64,000 nt of DNA, taken from NCBI GenBank assembly GCA_963675755.2, contig CAXXMD010000002.1, positions 1,440,001-1,504,000 on the forward strand. The letters run 5' to 3'. The notes below the pieces were generated by a model. It made no database searches. It was not told where the DNA came from and saw only the letters and a list, made by a program, of their open reading frames with translations. Positions 37,671-47,144 of this stretch are shown here, one piece after another. The position numbers were made by a program, and so were the translations under genes. This DNA comes from a bacterium (lineage in GTDB: Bacteria > Zhuqueibacterota > Zhuqueibacteria > Residuimicrobiales > Krinioviventaceae). Position 1 is the first letter of the stretch; every line of letters starts with the position of its first letter.

Positions 37671-40544
37671 TTACTCACCATACCCATCAAATGTCATATT
37701 AATATATACTGTGGTACTCGTTGTACCATTTGGACTATCAAGAGCCACGGTTACTTCTGCAAGACCGGGATCGTCAATAACAGGGTCCATATTGTTCAGC
37801 AAATTGATCTGAAAATATGTTGAACCGCTGCCATATTTTTCAGCTTCTGCCATGAGTGACGTTGCATTCAGCTTGCCCTTAGAGGTAGAAGCATTTAATT
37901 TTGAACCTTTAGCTACAGGATTACCATTGATATCATATACTTTAATATCAATTGTTGCAACCTCTCCCCAATTCAGTTCGTCAGTATCTGAAACCACTTC
38001 AAATTTCAACAATGGACCACTGAAAATTACTGCTCCGGTTGTAAATACTGTTACTGAAGAATCAGAAGCACCCGTTTCATGGTAATATTGATCACAACCG
38101 CGTGTTGTTGCCAAAACATAAGCCACGCCATCATTTTCATCATAGGTATTCATTGTGTTCAACACTTCTGAAAACTCAAAATCAGGCACTGTAATAGGAA
38201 GCATTAAATTCCTGTCATTGGGATTTGGAATTCTATGCGGCGCCAGCACATATGGATCAGAAGGATTAAGAACAGGACGTGGGTTGGCGCTAATCAAAGT
38301 AGCTGAACCAATTCCATAAGCATCTGTCATAACATCAGTTGTAATAATACCTGCTGTTGAAGTCAGATAAACCGTGGTTCCATCTTCAACAGGATTATTA
38401 TATCGGTCTCCAACGTAAACCGTTACATTATAATTTCTAACATTGTTCCATCCATCCTGGTTGATATAATCAAACGCAAGTGTCATATGTGGTTCAACAT
38501 GATTTTTATCTGCCGGATCAACCCACATATATGGAGGACCTGAACGGATAACTACATTTGTGGTTCTTGCAGCTATATTATAACCATCATCAAGTACTTC
38601 AGCTTCAACTCGAACTGTTCCTGAATGTGTACCAGAGCGCAGGGTAACGGTTGCTTCACCATTGATAGTCTTGATGGGTGAAGAAATATATCCTGAAGGA
38701 TCGTTAGATGGCAAAATCTGTTCGCCACCACCGGGACCACTCAATATCCGGAATTGTACCATTACATCACTCGAAAGCGGAGTTCCTGTCTGGGACAACA
38801 ATGTTGCAGTCAAAGTAGTTTGTTCAAGATTACCTGTTTCTTTAACCCAAATAAAACTGGGTTCTGCATCAAGCAGGAACGAAGTTGCTTTTTCAGGTGC
38901 AAATATAATGGGAATGGATTTCACAAGACCGCCATAAACTACATTAACTTCTGCAATACCTGACTGTGTTTCAGAAACCAACTCTACACTTGCCGCACCC
39001 AACGAATTGGTAGTTGCTACATTAGGTATTGATCCTAAACTTGAATTAAAATTAATTGTTGCGTTAGAGATAACTTCCTTTGAAGTCGTTTGTTTTAATT
39101 GAACAGTTATAACTGTTTTGGAATTACCGTCAGCTTGTATTGAATCTGCACTTGCAGAAACTTGCATGCTAACGCCTTTTAACTCCATTGGCAATTGGTT
39201 TGTAACACTGCCAAAAGTTGCGGTAATAATATCGCTTGCATCTACAGTATCTGCATCTGCCTCATAAGTTACATTTGCAATACCATATTCATCAGTTACA
39301 GCTACACTGTCAACATAACCATAATTAGAATAAAATCGAATTTTAGTATTGGTTATTGGATTTTGTTGATTATCAAGTATTTTCGCGGTAATACCAACTT
39401 TATCCAAACCATTACGAATAACAGATTGATTCTCTGCTTTTAAATCAAAAAGACTTTCACCTGCAGATTCAATAAAAGAAACCTGAGCAGTATCGATTAA
39501 TCCATTAAAAGTTGCAATAACCAGAACATTTTCATTTATATCGCTTCCACTGACCAGTTCTGCAGTTGCATCACCTTTGTTATTGGTGTATGCTTTTGCT
39601 GTTATAGAACCATCAGTGGTAGTGAATTCAACACCCGCTCCAATAATGGGGTTATTTCTATGTGTGAGCAAACGGGCAGTCATATACAAAGAGGACCGTC
39701 CACCGGCAGATATTTGCGCTTCTTTGGGCAGCAATTCCAAACTGGGTAAAATATAAGAAATAGGAAGTGCAATACTTTCAAACGCACCATACTCTACAAA
39801 CAATGTATCAACCATTTCCTTTGTCATAGAGAGCACATCAACAGTAGCTACACCTTCATTATCTGTCAGAACATATTGAGGTACAGTGTTTTCCAATGCA
39901 CGTAGATAAACATATGAACTGCTAACAGCTTTTTTACTTGTTGTCTCTTTAACCACAACCTTGAGTTCAGAAGAATTGATACCATCTGCCGGAACCTCGG
40001 TGTGGCTCAAAGATGCGTTAAACTGAACACCAATAAACTGAAAATTGATTTTTGATGTAACAGTAACTTCATCGTCTGCCGTTGTCTTTTTCAAGCTTTT
40101 ACCTTCTGCATTTTTAACCGTCAGGCTAACAGTATAAGGTTTAACAACTTTTTTTGCCAGCTCGGTGCTGTCAAGCAATGATGTTGTAACAGTTACGGCA
40201 ATATCTTGTTCACTGGCTACACTGGTCAATACTGCATACGCTTCACCATAATAATTGGTTACTGCAGTTCTTGTTATTGTACCATGTGTTGTACGAAAAT
40301 TTACCCGAACACCAGAAGCAGAATACCCGCTGGTATCATTTACGATCGCAACCAATGTAACATTTGATACGCCATCAGCAATCAATACCGGATCTTCAGT
40401 ATCCATGTTTACTTGTTCAATTGTATTGGGACCTGTAACTTTATCTTCATCTTGATCACATTGCACAAGCATAAAGCTAATCAGGAACCAGGCAGCTATA
40501 TATAAAAGTTTATGTAATTTCATCTCGAAAACCTGTACATTCAT
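37671..40544 (-). CDS. Invasin/intimin-like Ig (Big_1) repeat lipoprotein
   Basis: Lipobox MLVQC; repeated ADG.S..T....D..NP..G..V.F.T..G.I.....T...G.A...L units. Confidence 0.75.
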   Translation of the reverse strand: MNVQVFEMKLHKLLYIAAWFLISFMLVQCDQDEDKVTGPNTIEQVNMDTEDPVLIADGVSNVTLVAIVNDTSGYSASGVRVNFRTTHGTITRTAVTNYYGEAYAVLTSVASEQDIAVTVTTSLLDSTELAKKVVKPYTVSLTVKNAEGKSLKKTTADDEVTVTSKINFQFIGVQFNASLSHTEVPADGINSSELKVVVKETTSKKAVSSSYVYLRALENTVPQYVLTDNEGVATVDVLSMTKEMVDTLFVEYGAFESIALPISYILPSLELLPKEAQISAGGRSSLYMTARLLTHRNNPIIGAGVEFTTTDGSITAKAYTNNKGDATAELVSGSDINENVLVIATFNGLIDTAQVSFIESAGESLFDLKAENQSVIRNGLDKVGITAKILDNQQNPITNTKIRFYSNYGYVDSVAVTDEYGIANVTYEADADTVDASDIITATFGSVTNQLPMELKGVSMQVSASADSIQADGNSKTVITVQLKQTTSKEVISNATINFNSSLGSIPNVATTNSLGAASVELVSETQSGIAEVNVVYGGLVKSIPIIFAPEKATSFLLDAEPSFIWVKETGNLEQTTLTATLLSQTGTPLSSDVMVQFRILSGPGGGEQILPSNDPSGYISSPIKTINGEATVTLRSGTHSGTVRVEAEVLDDGYNIAARTTNVVIRSGPPYMWVDPADKNHVEPHMTLAFDYINQDGWNNVRNYNVTVYVGDRYNNPVEDGTTVYLTSTAGIITTDVMTDAYGIGSATLISANPRPVLNPSDPYVLAPHRIPNPNDRNLMLPITVPDFEFSEVLNTMNTYDENDGVAYVLATTRGCDQYYHETGASDSSVTVFTTGAVIFSGPLLKFEVVSDTDELNWGEVATIDIKVYDINGNPVAKGSKLNASTSKGKLNATSLMAEAEKYGSGSTYFQINLLNNMDPVIDDPGLAEVTVALDSPNGTTSTTVYINMTFDGYGE

Positions 40545-40546
40545 TA

Positions 40547-42322
40547 TTAAACGTTTGAACTGAATTTTACTACAACCAGATCGCCTGGCTGTATTGCGCC
40601 TTGAATTCGACGACCAATGGATCGTTCATACTTTGTTTCCCTGATCAACACATTCCCAACATTCAATGGTTTATCACCACCATTCGTCCTTATTACTGAA
40701 AACCGTTTACCATTCAATTTGTCAGTATTAAAGTCTCCCTGCCATTTGATCAAAATTATATTATCATCAACTTCAACAATCTGTCCCAGATAATAGTTCT
40801 TTTTTGTATCAGTAGTCTCTACAGAACTCTTGGGAGTTGTTTGAGGAACGGATACAATTTTTTTCTGAACAGGTGCAGTTGATGTCTGACTCGCCACTCG
40901 CGGTGTTGATTTAACCGGAGTTGTTTGGGGAACGGATACATTTTTTTTCTGAACAGTTGCAGTTGATGTCTGACTCGTTACTCGCGGTGTTGATTTAACA
41001 GGAGTTGTTCGTTTATTATAAACAGGCTTGGTTTCAACAACCGATGCACTACGCGGTTGCTGCACAATTCTGTTACTTTCAATTGCCTGATGTTGAACCG
41101 GCTTTTGTACCGGAGGTGCAGAATAAACAGAACGCATTTGTTTTTCAGGACGTACAGGTTCAATATCACCACGTCGGTAAGGTCTAACTTTTAATTCGGC
41201 ATCTTTATCCCAATAGTCCTGATTTACAGGTAAATCTTTACGATCAAAAACATCTGGCAGAATAGTCGCTTTAATAATTATAATCAATTCTTTTTGGCTC
41301 ACTTCTTCACGATTATAACCAAAAAGATAAGACAAACCGAAAAACCATCCAGGTAAATCTTTGATAATAGGAATCCCTTTGCGTAATGAATTTTTCTCTG
41401 TATTATATAAACCCGCTATAATAGTTTCTTCACCATCATATAATTGAATATAAGAATCTGCTTCTGACTTTTTCACTATAGTACTAACAGCGTCAGGAGC
41501 TGCCTGACTACGTTCAACATGTACTTTTAAAACAATTGCATGACTATCATCTTTATCTTGAAGAAGGTATGGAGTAACTTCCATAATTGTACCGGTACTG
41601 AAAAACCGATCAATAACATTACCGGCAAAGTCTGTGGTTTTAATTGAAAAGTCTTCACCAACCTGAATTTTTCCTTCGTTACTTTCAGTTACAACTACCT
41701 GAGGTTGTGCCAGAACTTTACCAATATTTTTACTATCAAAAATACTGAATAATGCCCGTACATCAACATTATATGATTCTGATGAAGTAATTTCAAAATT
41801 TAAAAAACTATCAGTGATAGATGAAGATCCCAATTGGTCTCCAGACACTTTAACAGAACCATTATAAAATGTACTCCAGTCAATACCAATTTCAGAGATA
41901 GCAGTTCTGTCACCTTCAAAAAATATAGTCTCAATCTTTATTTCGCGGCTACCAAGTTTTACATTAATATCACTATCACCATTACCTTTTGTTGCAGAAG
42001 GCACAACAATTTGCAGAAAATGGTCCATCTCATCGTACCATAAACCGCGTGAACTCAGAATGATCTGCAATGCTTTTTCCCATTGCATCCCATTGATATC
42101 CACGCCAATTGGTCCCTGCTGTTTTGTGGGATCAAATATCGGTTTGTTTGTAAAAGTGATCGAGTATTCGCTCAGGATACTCATTGCGTCCTGAAACTCC
42201 AACTGACCGTTGATAGAACACATTTCCGCAGGCGGTACAAGTTCACGGGGCAAACGTTCTTTGGTTAAACCGGGCAGGGTTAAAAACGCAATGATTAAAC
42301 AAATATTTCTAATTCTTTTCAT
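40547..42322 (-). CDS. pilQ: Secretin (PilQ/GspD family) with a long C-terminal extension
   Basis: W..AL..IL...GL, EIGIDW, VLAQPQVV, EGKIQVG, G.IMEVTP, DGEETIIAGL, GIPIIKDLP, LF, ELIIIIKATI. Confidence 0.82.
   Translation of the reverse strand: MKRIRNICLIIAFLTLPGLTKERLPRELVPPAEMCSINGQLEFQDAMSILSEYSITFTNKPIFDPTKQQGPIGVDINGMQWEKALQIILSSRGLWYDEMDHFLQIVVPSATKGNGDSDINVKLGSREIKIETIFFEGDRTAISEIGIDWSTFYNGSVKVSGDQLGSSSITDSFLNFEITSSESYNVDVRALFSIFDSKNIGKVLAQPQVVVTESNEGKIQVGEDFSIKTTDFAGNVIDRFFSTGTIMEVTPYLLQDKDDSHAIVLKVHVERSQAAPDAVSTIVKKSEADSYIQLYDGEETIIAGLYNTEKNSLRKGIPIIKDLPGWFFGLSYLFGYNREEVSQKELIIIIKATILPDVFDRKDLPVNQDYWDKDAELKVRPYRRGDIEPVRPEKQMRSVYSAPPVQKPVQHQAIESNRIVQQPRSASVVETKPVYNKRTTPVKSTPRVTSQTSTATVQKKNVSVPQTTPVKSTPRVASQTSTAPVQKKIVSVPQTTPKSSVETTDTKKNYYLGQIVEVDDNIILIKWQGDFNTDKLNGKRFSVIRTNGGDKPLNVGNVLIRETKYERSIGRRIQGAIQPGDLVVVKFSSNV
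40833..41009. repeat. 84-bp tandem duplication (~2.1 copies) inside the secretin gene
   Basis: GGAGTTGTT unit starts at 40833, 40917 and 41001; encodes TPVKSTPRV(T/A)SQTSTA(T/P)VQKK(N/I)VSVPQT twice. Confidence 0.9.
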
Positions 42323-42332
42323 GGTGTACCAC

Positions 42333-43346
42333 TTACTTTTTGGTTAATGATAATTCAAGGGAATTGTAACCACCCGCCGTATTCATATAGAATCCAACTC
42401 TGCCAGATTGTACATTAATATTCCCGACAGTACCACCCAAAACCCGATCCCCTTTTCTCAACTTTTTAATACGTCCGTATTGATCCCTGATCAACACACT
42501 ACTAGGGGTTATTGCTAAAACTTCTGTAGCCGGTGAAACTTCCGGCAATCCTAACGGATTTGATACAGATGTTATATTACTGTTGCCTTGTCCTCTTGCT
42601 GCTTGAGATTTAGAATTTTCTAAAGTAACCAGTTCTTGAGAATAATCTGTTGATCTAACATTAACAGTCGACTGTTCTGCTTTTAACACATTGTCAATTG
42701 CTTCAGAAACTGAATTATCTACAAGACTTGCCAGCATTTCCGGTTTACCAACATTCCGTCTCAGGCTATCCATCTCAAGACCTTTTTCTTTCTTAAAGCC
42801 CCAAACGTTCAACGCAAATGTCATTTCACCGCGGTCAGCTGACCAGTCTTCCTGGTTCTTTTGTTCTATGGGTATTCTATCCATACTTACCGATTGAATA
42901 TTATAGAAAATGGGTCCGTTTTCCAGGAACCATACCAATCGATAAAAATCTTCAAATTCGGACTCTCCCGTTAACAAATATGTATTTCGTTCAAAATCTT
43001 TAAACTTTTCTTTTACAACCAACTCCTGGTTCAATACAAGGTTTGAACTGGTATGGTCAATTTCCCGCAACATGTAATCAAAAGTTTCACCAGGAGATTC
43101 ATTTCCGGCCAAAGCGCCCAGTTTACCCAGACTAAGATCACGCAAGTAATCATATTCCTGTGTAAGTTCATGGCGAGTGATCTGCATCATTTTCAAGTCA
43201 TTCACACGATTTGTTTTTTGTTTAATCTCACCTTCAAGACTTGTATGTTTTTTGGCCTGATAACCATAAACATAATACAAGCCGCCAATGAGAATAATCA
43301 GCCAGAAAACAGCTATAAATATCGTATTTCGGATTACATATGGCAT
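42333..43346 (-). CDS. PilO-like protein with a C-terminal PilP-like segment
   Basis: N-terminal TM + coiled coil; Y.LTGESEFEDFYRLVWFLE (PilO-like); C-terminal LIRDQYGRIKKLRKGDRVLGG.V..I (PilP-like). Lies between pilMN and the secretin. Confidence 0.6.
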   Translation of the reverse strand: MPYVIRNTIFIAVFWLIILIGGLYYVYGYQAKKHTSLEGEIKQKTNRVNDLKMMQITRHELTQEYDYLRDLSLGKLGALAGNESPGETFDYMLREIDHTSSNLVLNQELVVKEKFKDFERNTYLLTGESEFEDFYRLVWFLENGPIFYNIQSVSMDRIPIEQKNQEDWSADRGEMTFALNVWGFKKEKGLEMDSLRRNVGKPEMLASLVDNSVSEAIDNVLKAEQSTVNVRSTDYSQELVTLENSKSQAARGQGNSNITSVSNPLGLPEVSPATEVLAITPSSVLIRDQYGRIKKLRKGDRVLGGTVGNINVQSGRVGFYMNTAGGYNSLELSLTKK

Positions 43347-43347
43347 A

Positions 43348-44940
43348 TCAATAACTATCTTTTTTTAGTTCAACTGTCTCTTCCAAAGATTTAGGTTGCA
43401 CAAAACAATCAATGGTTACATTAATAAAAGATCGATCTTCTTCAGCTGTATAAATTGCAGAAACCAAACTAAAATCTATATATCGCTCAAGTTTAACAAC
43501 CTGATCTCTGTTTTCCATTTTCAAATCTGCAACAAGATGAGAACGGTCTCTAACTTCCATCTTGTATAGACTAAAGGGACCAATTTCATTATAAGCCTGA
43601 GATAACGATTCAAGTGTAGATGCCCAACGAATCGTCTCTTTGGTCATTGAATCTATCAATGCAGTATTGTTTTTCATTGCTGTAATTTCTGCACGCAAGC
43701 TGTCTACTTCGTGCGCAACAGATTTTAATCCATTTAACTCATTATTGAGAAAAACAATATTAGACTTTGCCTTGTTAATTTCAATACTATTGCTGATACT
43801 CTTGCTGGTTACAAAAAAAGCACTTATAAACAGAAATACCAGCAGCAACAATCCCGGCCAACCAATTTTATAGACTGAGGTTTTATCACGAATTCTTGTC
43901 GGTAAAAAATTCTGATTATATACAGTAGAGTCACGTTCATCCAGAATCTTGAGAGCCATTGCAATAGCTATACCATAAGATTCAGCCTGACTTGCAAACT
44001 GGTCCTGGTTCATGCCATAACTGGCACGTGATGCATCAAAGCGAATAATTTCCAGTTCTGGTAAACGGTTTTTAAAATAAGCTTCCGCATCCAGTCTTGA
44101 TATTTCACCAGTAAGAACAATATTATTTAATGAAGTAATATTACCTGAATCCAGCTCGAACAGTATCTTTGAAAAAGCCGTATCGCATACAGTTTCAGAA
44201 TCTGCACCTTCATGAATTGTGGGTAAAACAGTTTCAATTTCTTCACCCTTCATGAAAAAGATTTTTGTAAATCCTTCAGCAAATACAATAACTGCGGTAT
44301 GGTCTTCATTTTCAAAATCATAATTTTTGATCAGTTCATGTGCCAGGGTAAATTCTATAGTATCTACCAAAGACAAACGAACCGGGTCTGTACGCAAAAT
44401 GGAAGTAGCTTCATCAAACAGTGCTGCAAGCACCAGGGGATCATCATGAACTACAGACAGATAAGAACCGTCTTGACGCTTTAAATACCCTACATTTTCA
44501 TATTTTGCTTCGTTAACTGTACTTTCATAAAAATCAGACCAGATTACTTTTTTAATCTTTTTGCGATTGCTTTCCTGTATATCACTGATATTTTTATATA
44601 ATGTAAATGAATTAGAAAGATTAAAACCAATACGTGTTCCTTTTGGAATTAAATGGTTAATAATGTCTATAGTAGTATCAATATTGGTTTTACCATCATG
44701 TTTAATTCCACTATCTTCAAAATCTGCCGGTTTATCTTCCAGATCAATACCAAAGCCCTGGTCATCAAGAGCAAGTTTTTTATCCTCTTTTGGGCTTTCC
44801 ATAGCATCACGTTCTTCAAGTTGTTCACTCAGATGGTATGTTTCAAGCGCTTCAATCTCTACCTCTTTACCGTTATTAACCAGTAACGCGGCTTTTAATT
44901 GATAGTCATCAATGAATATTCCTAATGCTCTTTTTTTCAT
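43348..44940 (-). CDS. Fused PilM-PilN-like assembly protein
   Basis: ALGIFIDD..LK (PilM actin-like start), IVLTGE, YGIAIAMAL, then NFLP (PilN INLLP motif), a TM helix, a coiled coil and W...L..LS. Confidence 0.7.
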   Translation of the reverse strand: MKKRALGIFIDDYQLKAALLVNNGKEVEIEALETYHLSEQLEERDAMESPKEDKKLALDDQGFGIDLEDKPADFEDSGIKHDGKTNIDTTIDIINHLIPKGTRIGFNLSNSFTLYKNISDIQESNRKKIKKVIWSDFYESTVNEAKYENVGYLKRQDGSYLSVVHDDPLVLAALFDEATSILRTDPVRLSLVDTIEFTLAHELIKNYDFENEDHTAVIVFAEGFTKIFFMKGEEIETVLPTIHEGADSETVCDTAFSKILFELDSGNITSLNNIVLTGEISRLDAEAYFKNRLPELEIIRFDASRASYGMNQDQFASQAESYGIAIAMALKILDERDSTVYNQNFLPTRIRDKTSVYKIGWPGLLLLVFLFISAFFVTSKSISNSIEINKAKSNIVFLNNELNGLKSVAHEVDSLRAEITAMKNNTALIDSMTKETIRWASTLESLSQAYNEIGPFSLYKMEVRDRSHLVADLKMENRDQVVKLERYIDFSLVSAIYTAEEDRSFINVTIDCFVQPKSLEETVELKKDSY

Positions 44941-44944
44941 AATA

Positions 44945-46150
44945 TTAACTTAATAATTCCTGTACACGTTTTTTATTGTTGGCAAAATTGATTGCATTTT
45001 GTTCTGCAATTTTACCTTGTCTTACCAGACGGACCAGATCCTGCTCCAATGTGTTCATTCCCAGCTTGCCGCCTTCTGCAATCATTTGATAAATTTCTGT
45101 AACATTTTTATTACGAATAGCGGCTCGTACAGAACTGGTTACCAATAATACCTCTTTGGCCAGAACCAGTTTTTGGTCAATACCGGGAATCAGTTTTTGA
45201 GAAATAACAACCTTTAACTGATCTGCCAAACGTACCCGAACACGTTCCTGCTCATAAGTAGGACATTCAGCAACAATACGGTCTATGGTTTCTACTGCCG
45301 AACCCGTATGCAAGGTTGAGAATACTTTATGACCCGTATCTGAAATTTCAAGACAGGTTATAATCGTTTCAGGATCACGCATTTCGCCTACTACAATAAT
45401 ATCAGGATCTTGTCGTAATGCCTGAACCGCACCGTCCTTGAACGACAATACATCTCGCCCTACCTCTCGGTGACGGATGATACATTTTTTAGATTGATGA
45501 ATATATTCAATAGGATCTCCAACAATAACGATATGAGCGTTAACAGTCATATTGTTGGCATCTACAATACTGTCCATTGTTGTACTTTTACCTGAACCGG
45601 TAATACCCGTTAACAAGATAATACCCTGTTTTTCATGAGCAAGGGATAAGGCTTTGGAAATGTTGGGATGAAATCCAAGATTCTTGTATGGGTAAACGTT
45701 GGTATTAATAGCACGCATATTCAATGCAAGGTGTCCCAAATCAACATACATACTGGCACGCCAGCGCATCATGCTTTGTTGATCAGAAACAGCATAAGAA
45801 AAATCTAATACTCTGTCATTTATCAATGCTTCACGTTGTTTGGTAGAAAGCAAACTCTGACACATGATATCGGTTTGATCTGTTGACCAATGCCCAAGTT
45901 CCTGACGGGGAACTTTACGACCCTGTAATCTGAACCAGATATAATTCTGAGCAGTCACCCCACCCATTTCAATATCTGATGCATTCAGTTTACGCATGAC
46001 CAGTAAAAACTCTTTATATTTATTCTGAAGAAAATAGGTTTCCTGAGGAGACAATTTATCCATTGCTTCACTAAGATAACGCTGACGGTCTATACCCTCG
46101 GCGTGTGGAGGCAGTTGTTTTTTTACTTTGTTAAAAATTTCTGGTAACAT
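44945..46150 (-). CDS. pilT: Type IV pilus retraction ATPase
   Basis: GITGSGKSTT, DPIEYIH, HREVGRD, ALRQDPDIIVVGEMRD, TGHKVFSTLHT, VISQKL, VRAAIR, GMNTLEQDL. Confidence 0.9.
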   Translation of the reverse strand: MLPEIFNKVKKQLPPHAEGIDRQRYLSEAMDKLSPQETYFLQNKYKEFLLVMRKLNASDIEMGGVTAQNYIWFRLQGRKVPRQELGHWSTDQTDIMCQSLLSTKQREALINDRVLDFSYAVSDQQSMMRWRASMYVDLGHLALNMRAINTNVYPYKNLGFHPNISKALSLAHEKQGIILLTGITGSGKSTTMDSIVDANNMTVNAHIVIVGDPIEYIHQSKKCIIRHREVGRDVLSFKDGAVQALRQDPDIIVVGEMRDPETIITCLEISDTGHKVFSTLHTGSAVETIDRIVAECPTYEQERVRVRLADQLKVVISQKLIPGIDQKLVLAKEVLLVTSSVRAAIRNKNVTEIYQMIAEGGKLGMNTLEQDLVRLVRQGKIAEQNAINFANNKKRVQELLS

Positions 46151-46156
46151 GATAAA

Positions 46157-47116
46157 TTAAACCTTTTCAACCATACAATTTTCGTCAAGATACTTTTTCT
46201 GATATTCGATAATTTTATAAGGATCTATCAAATCGTGTTCACCATCACGATAATGCTCTTCAATTTTTTCAACAATAGCACGAATACGTCCCACACTGTT
46301 TTGGATGCTGTCTACGCGTTCAATATAAGAACTGCCTTCATCTCGCATCATCAACTCTGCGTTAACTGCCAGAATAGCAAGTGGATTATTTAATTCATGC
46401 TGCAGGGTACGCAGAATTTTATCGATAAAGATTCGTTTTTCAAGTTTTAACTTTTTGGAATAGGTGGTAACCATTTCATTATTTTTACGAATATACTCTG
46501 CGTTTAATTTCATCAATTCAACATTCTGCATAATCAAAGTGTTGGAAAGGAATGAAGAAATAAAATAAACCAAAAACAAAAGACAGGTATAAGATAAAAT
46601 GGATTGGATGTTCATACGTAAAAACATTAGAAAAGCCGGTAAAAGCTCAAAACTGGGCATTACTCTATTGTATTGTGTCAGGAACAAAACAGTGATCAAA
46701 CCAATCAGGCTGATATTGCTTGCCCAAAAACCAACACTTTTTCCCATAGTAATGCTGGAGGTTAATACAGGTATAAGATACAGCCAGATCAATGGACTTT
46801 CTGTACCTCCGGTCATATAAATAACCATTGAAAAAATGCAGACATCAAGCAGGTTGTGCAACAAGATGAAAAACCGATTATTTTTTAAAGAATCCAACCA
46901 AAAACTGTAAGCCATGTTTAAGACCATTATACCTATCAAAGTATAAACAAAAGTATACTTGGGTAGGGTCATTTGTTTCAGGGCCAGTTGTATAATACCA
47001 ATTGACAAAAAGCTAATGGTAGAAAACCAACGTACATAATTCCACCACTTTAAGGTATTATGAATACTTTGATTTTCATCAAACAGATTGGGATTATTCT
47101 TAATGGATTTTTTCAC
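46157..47116 (-). CDS. PilS-like membrane sensor with HisKA but no HATPase domain
   Basis: Multi-TM region with D.......YMTGGTESPLIWLY; H-box TLQHELNNPLAIL; the protein ends roughly 75 aa later with no N/G1/F/G2 boxes. Confidence 0.7.
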   Translation of the reverse strand: MKKSIKNNPNLFDENQSIHNTLKWWNYVRWFSTISFLSIGIIQLALKQMTLPKYTFVYTLIGIMVLNMAYSFWLDSLKNNRFFILLHNLLDVCIFSMVIYMTGGTESPLIWLYLIPVLTSSITMGKSVGFWASNISLIGLITVLFLTQYNRVMPSFELLPAFLMFLRMNIQSILSYTCLLFLVYFISSFLSNTLIMQNVELMKLNAEYIRKNNEMVTTYSKKLKLEKRIFIDKILRTLQHELNNPLAILAVNAELMMRDEGSSYIERVDSIQNSVGRIRAIVEKIEEHYRDGEHDLIDPYKIIEYQKKYLDENCMVEKV

Positions 47117-47144
47117 CGTGTTACCCTTTAAATAGTTAAACCAA

